The notes beneath the pieces were generated by a model that did not search any database, had not been told where the DNA came from, and worked only from the letters and a program-made list of their open reading frames with translations. The translations under genes and the position numbers were made by a program. A stretch of 64,000 nucleotides of DNA from Bacteroidales bacterium (GTDB lineage Bacteria; Bacteroidota; Bacteroidia; Bacteroidales; UBA10428). Shown here piece by piece: positions 19,042 through 27,604 of this stretch (positions within the stretch are counted from its first letter, which is position 1; each line of letters opens with the position of its first letter). Location of the stretch: NCBI GenBank assembly GCA_016935355.1, contig JAFGRC010000024.1, positions 2,795 through 66,794 of the forward strand. Direction: 5' to 3'.

Positions 19042-19885
19042 TCATAATGGATTTGATGATATTAATATATATTTTTTTCAATCGGTCATCCTTTTCCGGA
19101 AGTATTTCACCTTTTGAATATGCTCTGGCATATTCTTTTTTGAAAGGGATTTCTCCAAGTAAAGTAATTTCCTGATCCCTGATATAATCATATAATGGTT
19201 CATATTCCAGTCCAGCTTTATTGACAACGATCCCGCATTTTTTGCCCAGTTGTTTCACGGTTTCCGTCATCAGTTTAAGATCATACAGTCCGAACGGGGT
19301 TGGTTCTGTTACCATTACAACATAATCGGCTTTGGAAACCACAGCCACTACCGGACAGGATGTGCCTGGCGGAGAATCATACAACACCAGGCTTTTTTGA
19401 TTCGCATGATCTATCGTTTCCCTGATCACACGGGTCTGTAATGAAACCCCAACATTCATCCTGCCTTCAATGAATTCATCTTTTGCGTAGTAATCATAAT
19501 GCGTAATGCTGCCGATCATACTGTTTTGTTCAACAACCGCTTGATCCCTGCAAACATATGAACAGGCACCACAACCATGGCACATGTCCTCCACCACTTC
19601 AATGAACCCGACAGCTGGTAACATGACAATTGCATGAAAGGCGCAAATGTCCTTGCACCTACCACAATAAGTACACAGCTCAGGATTTATACGGGGGATG
19701 GAAATTGAAACCGGGTAACTTGCTGATTTTTGTCCATGAATAAAAATATGGCAATCGGGTTCCTCCACATCACAATCCAAAAGTTGAACATTGTAATTAA
19801 AATATTTGGTAAGTATATGAAAAAGCCCCGTGCTTAAGGTAGTTTTTCCTGTACCTCCTTTCCCGCTTGTAATTGCGATTTTCAT
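19025..19885 (-). CDS. MinD-superfamily P-loop ATPase with inserted ferredoxin domain (COG1149), paralog
   Basis: SGKGGTGKT, DCDVEEP, CTYCGRC, CHGCGAC, PPGTSCP. Confidence 0.92.
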   Translation of the reverse strand: MKIAITSGKGGTGKTTLSTGLFHILTKYFNYNVQLLDCDVEEPDCHIFIHGQKSASYPVSISIPRINPELCTYCGRCKDICAFHAIVMLPAVGFIEVVEDMCHGCGACSYVCRDQAVVEQNSMIGSITHYDYYAKDEFIEGRMNVGVSLQTRVIRETIDHANQKSLVLYDSPPGTSCPVVAVVSKADYVVMVTEPTPFGLYDLKLMTETVKQLGKKCGIVVNKAGLEYEPLYDYIRDQEITLLGEIPFKKEYARAYSKGEILPEKDDRLKKIYINIIKSIMNGKAV

Positions 19886-19933
19886 AGAGGATCCTGATTC
19901 TCTGCCAATATTGAAAAGGTGATGGTTTTGCAA

Positions 19934-20272
19934 TTAATGGTCGCAGGTATTGATGCCTGTTTTCAGATTATTCTTTATGAATTCTTCTGCCAGAACCCTG
20001 ACATGTTTTTCTTCAGCACCGGTATGTACCTGTATGTTTTGTTGGTTGAATAATGATATTGCCCGGTGTCCCATGCCTCCGGCAATAACATGAGTAACGC
20101 CCCTGGATGCAAGCCAGACAGGTAAAATTCCCGGTTCATGCCGAGGTGGAGTCAGATAGGATTCTTCAGTAATTTCCTCCCCCTCAGCCTGAAAAACAGC
20201 AAATTGTTCACAATGACCGAAATGTTGGCTCAGATAATCTCTGCTTGCCGGAATAGCAATGACTTTCTTCAT
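19934..20272 (-). CDS. NifB/NifX-family (COG1433) cofactor-binding protein
   Basis: HFGHC, PPRHEPG, IAGGMG, C-terminal CDH. Confidence 0.88.
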   Translation of the reverse strand: MKKVIAIPASRDYLSQHFGHCEQFAVFQAEGEEITEESYLTPPRHEPGILPVWLASRGVTHVIAGGMGHRAISLFNQQNIQVHTGAEEKHVRVLAEEFIKNNLKTGINTCDH

Positions 20273-20363
20273 TTTTAACATTTTAATTTTCTCATCATAC
20301 AAATTCCAGGAAAGAATCTTGAACAAATCCTGTTCTTTTGACAATGCGGAGCAGGAAGTATGA

Positions 20364-20741
20364 TCAATCCCTGCCCTTGTTCAGCTCCTGAATCCTTTTT
20401 TCAATCTCTTCCTGAGAACGTTTAAGGTCTTCAGCCTGTGATTTCAGCATTTTAATCTCATCATCCTTGCTGATCGTCTGCATCCACGGCGTGGTCTGAT
20501 AGTATCCGGCAGACGACCATCCAAAGTGACGTCCCCAGCCATAACCACGGCCCCTTCCCATACCTCTCCCAAATCCCCTGCCAAAACCTCCTCCAAAGCC
20601 TCTTCCAAAACCAAAACCCTGGCTCATTCCGATTCCAGGTCCTTTTGTATATCCGGGTGTGTCATACCCAGAACAAAAACCTAATCCTCTTCCGGTCCTG
20701 GGACCTTGTCCCATCGGTCCGGTACGATCTCCCTGTGGCAT
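20364..20741 (-). CDS. DUF5320-family protein
   Basis: MPQGDRTGPMGQGPRTGRGLGFC, GRGFG repeats, C-terminal coiled coil. Confidence 0.88.
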   Translation of the reverse strand: MPQGDRTGPMGQGPRTGRGLGFCSGYDTPGYTKGPGIGMSQGFGFGRGFGGGFGRGFGRGMGRGRGYGWGRHFGWSSAGYYQTTPWMQTISKDDEIKMLKSQAEDLKRSQEEIEKRIQELNKGRD

Positions 20742-20752
20742 AATAATACTTT

Positions 20753-21067
20753 TTACGGGTTTAACATTTTTATTACTTCCTCTAAAGTTTTTTGCGTATT
20801 TAATAACTTTATCGTGATATTCAATTTGTTCAGTATCATCTGTGCCTTCGGTCCTACTTCCATAGCATGAACTTCTTTTGCACCATGATTGGCCAATAGT
20901 TCTGCCACTTGCGGTCCAAGTCCCGATGCCGCATCCTTTTTATCGTTTACAATAAACCTGCTTTGTCTTGTATCAGTATCATACAGACAAAAGAAAGGAC
21001 AACGCGCGAAACGTTCGTCTGTAAATGCATCTGTTCTATTATCTGATGCCGGTATTGCTATAATCAT
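20753..21067 (-). CDS. NifB/NifX-family (COG1433) protein
   Basis: IAIP, RFARCPFF, ASGLG, VGPKA. Confidence 0.88.
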   Translation of the reverse strand: MIIAIPASDNRTDAFTDERFARCPFFCLYDTDTRQSRFIVNDKKDAASGLGPQVAELLANHGAKEVHAMEVGPKAQMILNKLNITIKLLNTQKTLEEVIKMLNP

Positions 21068-21100
21068 TTCATGATTTTTTTTACAAAAATAATATTTTAT

Positions 21101-21116
21101 ATGAACATATGTTCAT
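21101..21116. promoter_or_regulatory. Perfect palindromic operator ATGAACATATGTTCAT
   Basis: 9 bp upstream of a minus-strand TATTTTTG -7 box (21084-21091) of the NifX/DUF5320 operon. Confidence 0.75.
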
Positions 21117-21145
21117 TTAATTGATTTTTTTAAATTATCTCACCA

Positions 21146-22168
21146 TTACAGTCCCGTTGCCAACATCACCGAACCAACCACCAATCCAACCAACAGATTG
21201 ATAAATTTTACCCTGACAAAATCTTTTCGTGATTCCGCCAACAGTGGCAACATGCCGTGCCCGTCCTGTACAATCGAATTGGCAATCAATATACTGAACG
21301 GCAGCAGGTTTTGTGAATACAATGTCACAAACAGCAAATGTGGTCCTGATTCAGGAATGAGTCCGAGTAAAACAGCTGTGAGCAAAACTATATAAACATT
21401 ATTCTGTATAAGGTTATTCAGCATCAGGTTCGTCTGAATGAAATGCAATATAATGAAAGCTCCCCACGTCCACAAGAATATCCGTAATAAATGCTTCTTC
21501 AGAATATGGTTGTATAAATGCTCTTTCAGAAAATGTTCGGGTACTGTTGCAAATACAAACAGCAGGAACATGCTTCCCACCAGGAATGTGACCTTTTTCC
21601 AGTCCCATACCGGACTGCCGGTCAATCCCGTAAGCAGCATGATCACGAACAAAAGATTGAACAATATGAGCGTTGCTCTTTCGAATGACAGGTTTCTGAA
21701 TTGCGGAATGATCAATTTATTGTCGAAACATTTACAATATTCCCTGTCATGGATCACAAACCCATGCTGTTTGTTTACCGGACCGTTTTTTATTGTCAGG
21801 TTCACAAACCATCCGGCAGTGATTGCTGCTGCAAGTAAAATGCCATGAATTAAAAACGCTTTCGCCGGAAACATCGCAAACATCACAAAAGCTTCATCCC
21901 CCGAGGTGGCAATCATTACCGCTACCAATCCTGCAAGACCGATCATCCGGTGTGTATACAAAGAAACAACAGTGAATGCTCCCATACAACCCGGTATGAT
22001 TCCGAGTAATGCCGCGATGACAATTTGCATTATGGGAGATTTCCTAAGCTTGCCTGCCCATAAGTTTTTGCTCTGAACGTTGACGTATTCTATGGCAATC
22101 ATCATGATCAGTACGAAAACAGTGATCATCAATGTGTCTTTCAGGGTGGTAATGAAAACTCCTGTCAT
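21146..22168 (-). CDS. Putative metal transporter, multi-TM ('putative manganese transporter' family)
   Basis: LGIIPGCMG, ATSGDEA, GLIPESGPH, IVQDGH; about 10 TM segments. Confidence 0.8.
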   Translation of the reverse strand: MTGVFITTLKDTLMITVFVLIMMIAIEYVNVQSKNLWAGKLRKSPIMQIVIAALLGIIPGCMGAFTVVSLYTHRMIGLAGLVAVMIATSGDEAFVMFAMFPAKAFLIHGILLAAAITAGWFVNLTIKNGPVNKQHGFVIHDREYCKCFDNKLIIPQFRNLSFERATLILFNLLFVIMLLTGLTGSPVWDWKKVTFLVGSMFLLFVFATVPEHFLKEHLYNHILKKHLLRIFLWTWGAFIILHFIQTNLMLNNLIQNNVYIVLLTAVLLGLIPESGPHLLFVTLYSQNLLPFSILIANSIVQDGHGMLPLLAESRKDFVRVKFINLLVGLVVGSVMLATGL

Positions 22169-22218
22169 GATGCAACCTTGAAAAATTTTTATTCAAAATT
22201 AATCAAATTAATTTTAAT

Positions 22219-22234
22219 ATGAACCAAAGTTCAT
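22219..22234. promoter_or_regulatory. Operator variant ATGAACCAAAGTTCAT between divergent promoters
   Basis: Flanked by TAnnTTTG boxes on both strands (22194-22201 minus; 22236-22243 plus). Confidence 0.7.
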
Positions 22235-22277
22235 TTACATTTGTGGATGCTCTACTTTATTTAATCTTTCATACCGG

Positions 22278-22664
22278 ATGCTACAACATATAGGACTGAC
22301 AGTAAACGAATTGAAAGAAATTAAAAATTTCTATGAACAAATATTGCTTTTCAGAATGAAGTATCAATTCACCCTGGATGTTCAGATCACCCGAAAAATA
22401 TTCAGTCAGGACAAAAACGTTGATGTATATGTGATGGAATATCAGGGCACGCAATTTGAAATTTTTATGGATCCCTTACCGGAAAACAAAACATTCTCAC
22501 ACGTTTGCCTCGCATACCCGCAACATGAATCCATTTACAATAAAGCGGTTAAACAGGGTTATAAGGCTATAGTTAAGGAGAATCCGGGTCACAACACCTG
22601 CTTCATATGGGATAAAAGCGGAAATATGTTTGAATTAAAACCAATACAAAATAATATCAAATAA
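22278..22664 (+). CDS. VOC/glyoxalase-family protein
   Basis: LQHIGLTV, FYEQIL, HVCL, FIWDKSGNMFEL. Confidence 0.85.
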   Translation: MLQHIGLTVNELKEIKNFYEQILLFRMKYQFTLDVQITRKIFSQDKNVDVYVMEYQGTQFEIFMDPLPENKTFSHVCLAYPQHESIYNKAVKQGYKAIVKENPGHNTCFIWDKSGNMFELKPIQNNIK

Positions 22665-22674
22665 ATCTTAAAAA

Positions 22675-24036
22675 ATGAAAATGTATGATGTAATTATTAT
22701 TGGAGGCGGGCCGGCGGCTATTGTAACAGGAATAACAATTAAAAAATTTTTTAAGGAGCGATCGGTCTTAATGGTTAAGGAAGATACAGAAGGACTTGTC
22801 CCTTGCGGAATACCTTATATTTTTCATGCTCTGGAAAACGATGCGGATAAAAATAAAATGGGTCCAAAGCCATTTGTCGATCTGGGCGGTGAAGTTGTAA
22901 TCAATAAGGTTGTAAAAGTTAATAAAACCCATAAAGAGGTAACACTTGAAACCGGAGAAGTATACGGCTATCATAAACTCGTATTTGCAACCGGTTCTCT
23001 TCCACAAATTCCTGATTTTATACCGGGTTATAACCTTAAAAATGTCTTTTACATACAAAAGAATTTTCAGTATATAAAAGAATTGACATCCAAAATAAGA
23101 AATTATAAAAATATAATCATTGTAGGTGGTGGCTTTATCGGAGCTGAAGTGGCTGAACAATTGGCAGCAGCAGATTTGAATGTCACCCTTATTGAAAGTG
23201 AGCCGGTTTGTTTTTCAAAGGCTTTCTCACCAGAGCTGAGTCTGATCGCTACCAGCGAACTGCAAAAAACCAGGGTACAGGTAATGACATCCCGAATTGT
23301 AAAGGAGCTTGAAGGAATCAACGACAAAGTGAATTTCGTCTTGCTTTCAGACGGAACAAAGATTGAAGCCGATGCCGTGATTTTTTCAATTGGTTACAGG
23401 GCTAACACACAACTTGCAATAGAAACCGGTCTGGAGTTGAATAAATACGGCGATATCCATGTAGACAATTACGGACGGACATCCATCATGGATATAAGCG
23501 CTGTCGGGGATTGCGCCCAAACATTTGGTTTCCTTACCGGACGCAGTGATATTATTAAGCTGGCTTCAACCGCAACAGCTGAAGCACGTACACTCGGTCA
23601 CAATATTTTTGGGGTAAGGATTAAAAAATGTAATTTCGGTACTTTAGGTGTTTTCTCGACTGAAATTAACGGATTGGCTATGGCCGCAGCCGGAGCCAAT
23701 GAAAGAAATGCAGAAGAAGCCGGTGTACAACTTGTATCTGCTAAATTTTCATCTCCCGACAGGCATCCCGGTACCTTATCCGGGACATCCAACCTTACGG
23801 TTAAACTTTATGCTTCTCCTGTCGACGGCAGTATTATTGGTGGTGAAACCTGGGGTGGAAAATCAGCTGGCGAGATCATAAACATCATCAGCATGGCTAT
23901 ACAAAAATCCATTACGGTATACGAACTGGTTTCTTTTCAAATCGGTACGCATCCTTTATTGACAGCGTCACCCATTAATAATCCGATTATCAGGGCCGCA
24001 GAAGAAATCATACACCAACTGCATCAATACAAATAA
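22675..24036 (+). CDS. FAD-dependent pyridine nucleotide-disulfide oxidoreductase (CoA-disulfide reductase/NADH oxidase-like)
   Basis: GGGPAA, PCGIPY (single active Cys), ATGS, GGGFIG, GDC. Confidence 0.88.
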   Translation: MKMYDVIIIGGGPAAIVTGITIKKFFKERSVLMVKEDTEGLVPCGIPYIFHALENDADKNKMGPKPFVDLGGEVVINKVVKVNKTHKEVTLETGEVYGYHKLVFATGSLPQIPDFIPGYNLKNVFYIQKNFQYIKELTSKIRNYKNIIIVGGGFIGAEVAEQLAAADLNVTLIESEPVCFSKAFSPELSLIATSELQKTRVQVMTSRIVKELEGINDKVNFVLLSDGTKIEADAVIFSIGYRANTQLAIETGLELNKYGDIHVDNYGRTSIMDISAVGDCAQTFGFLTGRSDIIKLASTATAEARTLGHNIFGVRIKKCNFGTLGVFSTEINGLAMAAAGANERNAEEAGVQLVSAKFSSPDRHPGTLSGTSNLTVKLYASPVDGSIIGGETWGGKSAGEIINIISMAIQKSITVYELVSFQIGTHPLLTASPINNPIIRAAEEIIHQLHQYK

Positions 24037-24210
24037 ACAATTTCCTGAAAAGAAATCTTCTAATTTAATAAGTATTTTACCCATTATGAGCAGTGGTTTT
24101 TACACTTTAATGCTGATCAATAAAGATTATTCCTGATAAGATTTTATTTTGAGAATATTTTCATTACTTTAATGAAGAAATTAATTTTCACTAAATAAAT
24201 AAGGAGGTAA

Positions 24211-24462
<252 letters not shown>

Positions 24463-24477
24463 AACACATTTTTCAAA

Positions 24478-25155
24478 ATGGATGAAAATCTATTGGGCAT
24501 AATAAAAAAAAACACAACCGGCATATTATCTTCACTTCCTGCAGGAGTTACAATGGTCGCCGCGGCAAAAACACGGACTCCCGATGAAGTTAAAGCAGTT
24601 ATTGAGTCGGGAGTCAAAATACTTGGTTACAACTATGTGCAGGAGGCTGAAAGCATGCATGAGATTATTGGAAATACCGTTAAATGGCACATGATAGGCC
24701 ATTTACAGCGAAACAAAGTAAAAAAGGCAGTCCGTCTTTTTGATATGATTGAAACAATTGATTCTGAAGAACTTGCCCTGGAAGTAAACAGGCAATGTGC
24801 GGCAATGAATAAAATCATGCCTGTTCTTGTTGAAATCAACAGCGGAAAAGAATCCAACAAGACCGGCATTTTACCTGAAGAAGCAGAAAAGCTGATCCTT
24901 TATATAAGTGGTTTACCATATCTGCAGGTTCAGGGATTGATGACAATGGGTCCCCGATTCGGGAAACCTGAAAAAGCAAGACCATATTTTAAAACCACAA
25001 AATCATTATTTGATCTGATAAAACAAGCAGGCATCCCGAATATCGCCATGCGTCACCTTTCCATGGGCATGAGTAACAGTTATAAAATCGCTATTGAAGA
25101 AGGTGCCAATATCATCAGAATTGGTACCCTGTTATTTGGTGGAAGAAATTCTTAA
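24478..25155 (+). CDS. yggS: PLP homeostasis protein, YggS family
   Basis: AAKT, NYVQE, WHMIGHLQRNK, LSMGMS, RIGT. Confidence 0.93.
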   Translation: MDENLLGIIKKNTTGILSSLPAGVTMVAAAKTRTPDEVKAVIESGVKILGYNYVQEAESMHEIIGNTVKWHMIGHLQRNKVKKAVRLFDMIETIDSEELALEVNRQCAAMNKIMPVLVEINSGKESNKTGILPEEAEKLILYISGLPYLQVQGLMTMGPRFGKPEKARPYFKTTKSLFDLIKQAGIPNIAMRHLSMGMSNSYKIAIEEGANIIRIGTLLFGGRNS

Positions 25156-25197
25156 AGGGAAAAAGAAAACAGGCATCAGGAAGATGTTGATCATTGT

Positions 25198-26211
25198 ATG
25201 AAAGAAGCCTCATTATACTTCAAGCTCGATAACAGCAAAGTTCAATGCAACCTGTGCGCACACCACTGTGTAATCAAAACCGGGAAAAAAGGGATCTGCA
25301 AGGTTCGGGTAAATCATGAAGGAATATTATATACCAGAGCATACGGAAAGACCATCGCACAGCATGTTGATCCGGTTGAAAAAAAACCGTTGTATCATTT
25401 CTTTCCCGGTTCAAAAGCATATTCTGTCGCCACACCCGGATGCAATTTTCACTGCCGTTTTTGCCAGAACTGGGATATTTCTCAAATAATTCCGGATACC
25501 TTACTGGAATCCGGATATCCGGCAACTCCGGAACAAATTGTACGAAGTGCAAAACAAACAGGATGCCAAAGCATTGCCTATACTTATACGGAACCGACCA
25601 TCTTCTTTGAATACAGTTATGACACAGCACAGATAGCCAAAAAAGAAGGAATTCAGAATATTTATGTTTCAAACGGTTACATGACATTTGAAATGCTGGA
25701 AATCATGGCACCCTTTCTTGACGCCATAAACGTTGATCTAAAGGCATTCCGCGACGAGACGTACCGGCGGATCATCGGTGCGCGTTTACAACCCGTTCTG
25801 GATAATCTTAAAAAAATTAAACAGCTGGGTATCTGGCTCGAGGTTACCAGTCTGATTATCCCCGGAATTAACGATGACCCTCAGGAAATAAGGGATATGG
25901 CAGCTTTTGTGGCAGACGAACTGGGACGCGACGTGCCCTGGCACATCAGCCGGTTTTTCCCTTCTTACAATATGAGTGACATGCCGCCAACACCATTGCA
26001 AACTTTGCAAATGGCCAAGGATACCGGATTTGAAGCCGGACTTCAATATGTATATCCGGGCAATGTGGCATCTCACGAGGACGTTCATACAAAATGTCCG
26101 CAATGCAGACATTTACTGATCAGGCGTTCACATTTCGGCGTGATCATGAACCATATACGGGACGGGCTTTGCCCGGAATGCGGCATGAAAATATCCGGTG
26201 TGGGAATGTGA
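25198..26211 (+). CDS. amrS: AmmeMemoRadiSam system radical SAM enzyme
   Basis: DPVEKKPLYHF, GCNFHCRFCQNW, YTYTEP, PWHISRF. Confidence 0.9.
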   Translation: MKEASLYFKLDNSKVQCNLCAHHCVIKTGKKGICKVRVNHEGILYTRAYGKTIAQHVDPVEKKPLYHFFPGSKAYSVATPGCNFHCRFCQNWDISQIIPDTLLESGYPATPEQIVRSAKQTGCQSIAYTYTEPTIFFEYSYDTAQIAKKEGIQNIYVSNGYMTFEMLEIMAPFLDAINVDLKAFRDETYRRIIGARLQPVLDNLKKIKQLGIWLEVTSLIIPGINDDPQEIRDMAAFVADELGRDVPWHISRFFPSYNMSDMPPTPLQTLQMAKDTGFEAGLQYVYPGNVASHEDVHTKCPQCRHLLIRRSHFGVIMNHIRDGLCPECGMKISGVGM

Positions 26212-26222
26212 TGTGAAAAGTT

Positions 26223-26810
26223 TTAAACATGTGCAGAATAGTGTTCCGGATTCACCAGATCGCGGTATTTGAAGACAATCTTTTTAAAGTCTTCCCATGT
26301 GTCACGCTTCAATGAAGGATCTCTCAGCAATGCTGCCGGATGATAAACAGGCATGGCCAGTCTGTTTTGCAGGCTCAGCCAGTTTCCCCGTTCGCGGGTA
26401 ATTTTACGGTCGGCACCGGCCATATATTTTAATGCTGTAGCGCCTAGTAAAATAAGTATTTTGGGATTTATCAGATCAATTTGTTTCAACAGCCAGGGCA
26501 TACAGGTGGCGGCTTCCTGTGGCGTTGGTATCCTGTTATCGGGCGGACGGCATTTAACAATATTGCTTATAAATACATGTTCGTTACGGGTGAATCCGCA
26601 CGCATCCAGTATTTTGTCAAGCAACTGGCCCGACTTACCCACAAAAGGCCTTCCCTGCAAATCTTCATCCCTTCCCGGCGCTTCGCCAATAATAAATATC
26701 TGAGCGTTCGTATTACCCTCACCGAAAATTACGTGGTTGCGTGATGCCGCAAGATGGCATTTTGAACATTGCAAAATCTCCTTTTTAAGCAGATTAATTT
26801 CTATATCCAT
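26223..26810 (-). CDS. Uracil-DNA glycosylase, family 4
   Basis: CSKC, GEAPG, PFVG, KCRPP.NR, HPAALL. Confidence 0.93.
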   Translation of the reverse strand: MDIEINLLKKEILQCSKCHLAASRNHVIFGEGNTNAQIFIIGEAPGRDEDLQGRPFVGKSGQLLDKILDACGFTRNEHVFISNIVKCRPPDNRIPTPQEAATCMPWLLKQIDLINPKILILLGATALKYMAGADRKITRERGNWLSLQNRLAMPVYHPAALLRDPSLKRDTWEDFKKIVFKYRDLVNPEHYSAHV

Positions 26811-27108
26811 TTTTTAAAGTTATTGCCGCAAATCGAAAAGATCACAAATTACATATTTATAAATTTAAGTTCAAGAATTTCATAAGAAATCATCATGTTA
26901 TTCGTTATCGTTTAGTATTTTTGTAAGTGATCAATAAATAATTGTTGTAAAATTAAAATTTACAAATAAGGTTTTCCCCTGCTTTGTGTAAGAAATGATC
27001 TGATCATGAACAAGTAAAAAGATGAGGAATACTTATGACAGGGGCTGATAAAAGTCGAATGTTAAAATTTGTATATCAAGCATATATGAATATTTTTACA
27101 ATGTATGG

Positions 27109-27474
27109 ATGATGAACATTTACGCTAAAAACTTAACCATAAAATTTGTAACCTGTTTCATGATGGCTATTATGTGCATGCTGATTGCCAATAAGTCATT
27201 ATTCATGCATGCACATCAGCTGGTCAACGGCAAAATAATAATTCATGCCCATCTTTATAACAAATCAGCTGATACCAAGCCTTATAAGTCTCATGATCAT
27301 ACGGAAGACGAATTGCTTTATTTGACAATAACAGAAACCCTGTTCCTGTTTGTCTTAATATCACTTGCACTGATTCAACTTTTCATCAGATCAAAATACT
27401 ACTTTCACTGTTCGGCAAATATTGTCAAGATCTTTATGATCCGACTGACATGCAGGGCTCCTCCAATTTCTTAA
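27109..27474 (+). CDS. His-rich membrane leader protein ending in RAPP (DUF2946/CruR-like)
   Basis: TM - HAH...HAH...HDH - TM - RAPPIS*, directly upstream of a TonB receptor. Confidence 0.75.
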   Translation: MMNIYAKNLTIKFVTCFMMAIMCMLIANKSLFMHAHQLVNGKIIIHAHLYNKSADTKPYKSHDHTEDELLYLTITETLFLFVLISLALIQLFIRSKYYFHCSANIVKIFMIRLTCRAPPIS

Positions 27475-27604
27475 TTCAAATCTTTTCCTGACATTTAATA
27501 CATTTTCCAGGGTGTTTCCCAGATAACGACCTTTCAGGAATGGTGTGTACATTCGGATATGTTAACAATCTAAAATATAATGAATTAAAGCAATAAATAA
27601 CAAT

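Noticed and set aside
19934-21067. Nitrogen fixation genes
   Set aside because: NifX-like domains are of the generic COG1433 type; no nifHDK or nifENB present.
26940-27100. Cobalamin riboswitch upstream of the TonB receptor locus
   Set aside because: No recognisable GGGAA...GCCCCCGCAACTGT or B12-box core; an Rfam scan would be decisive.
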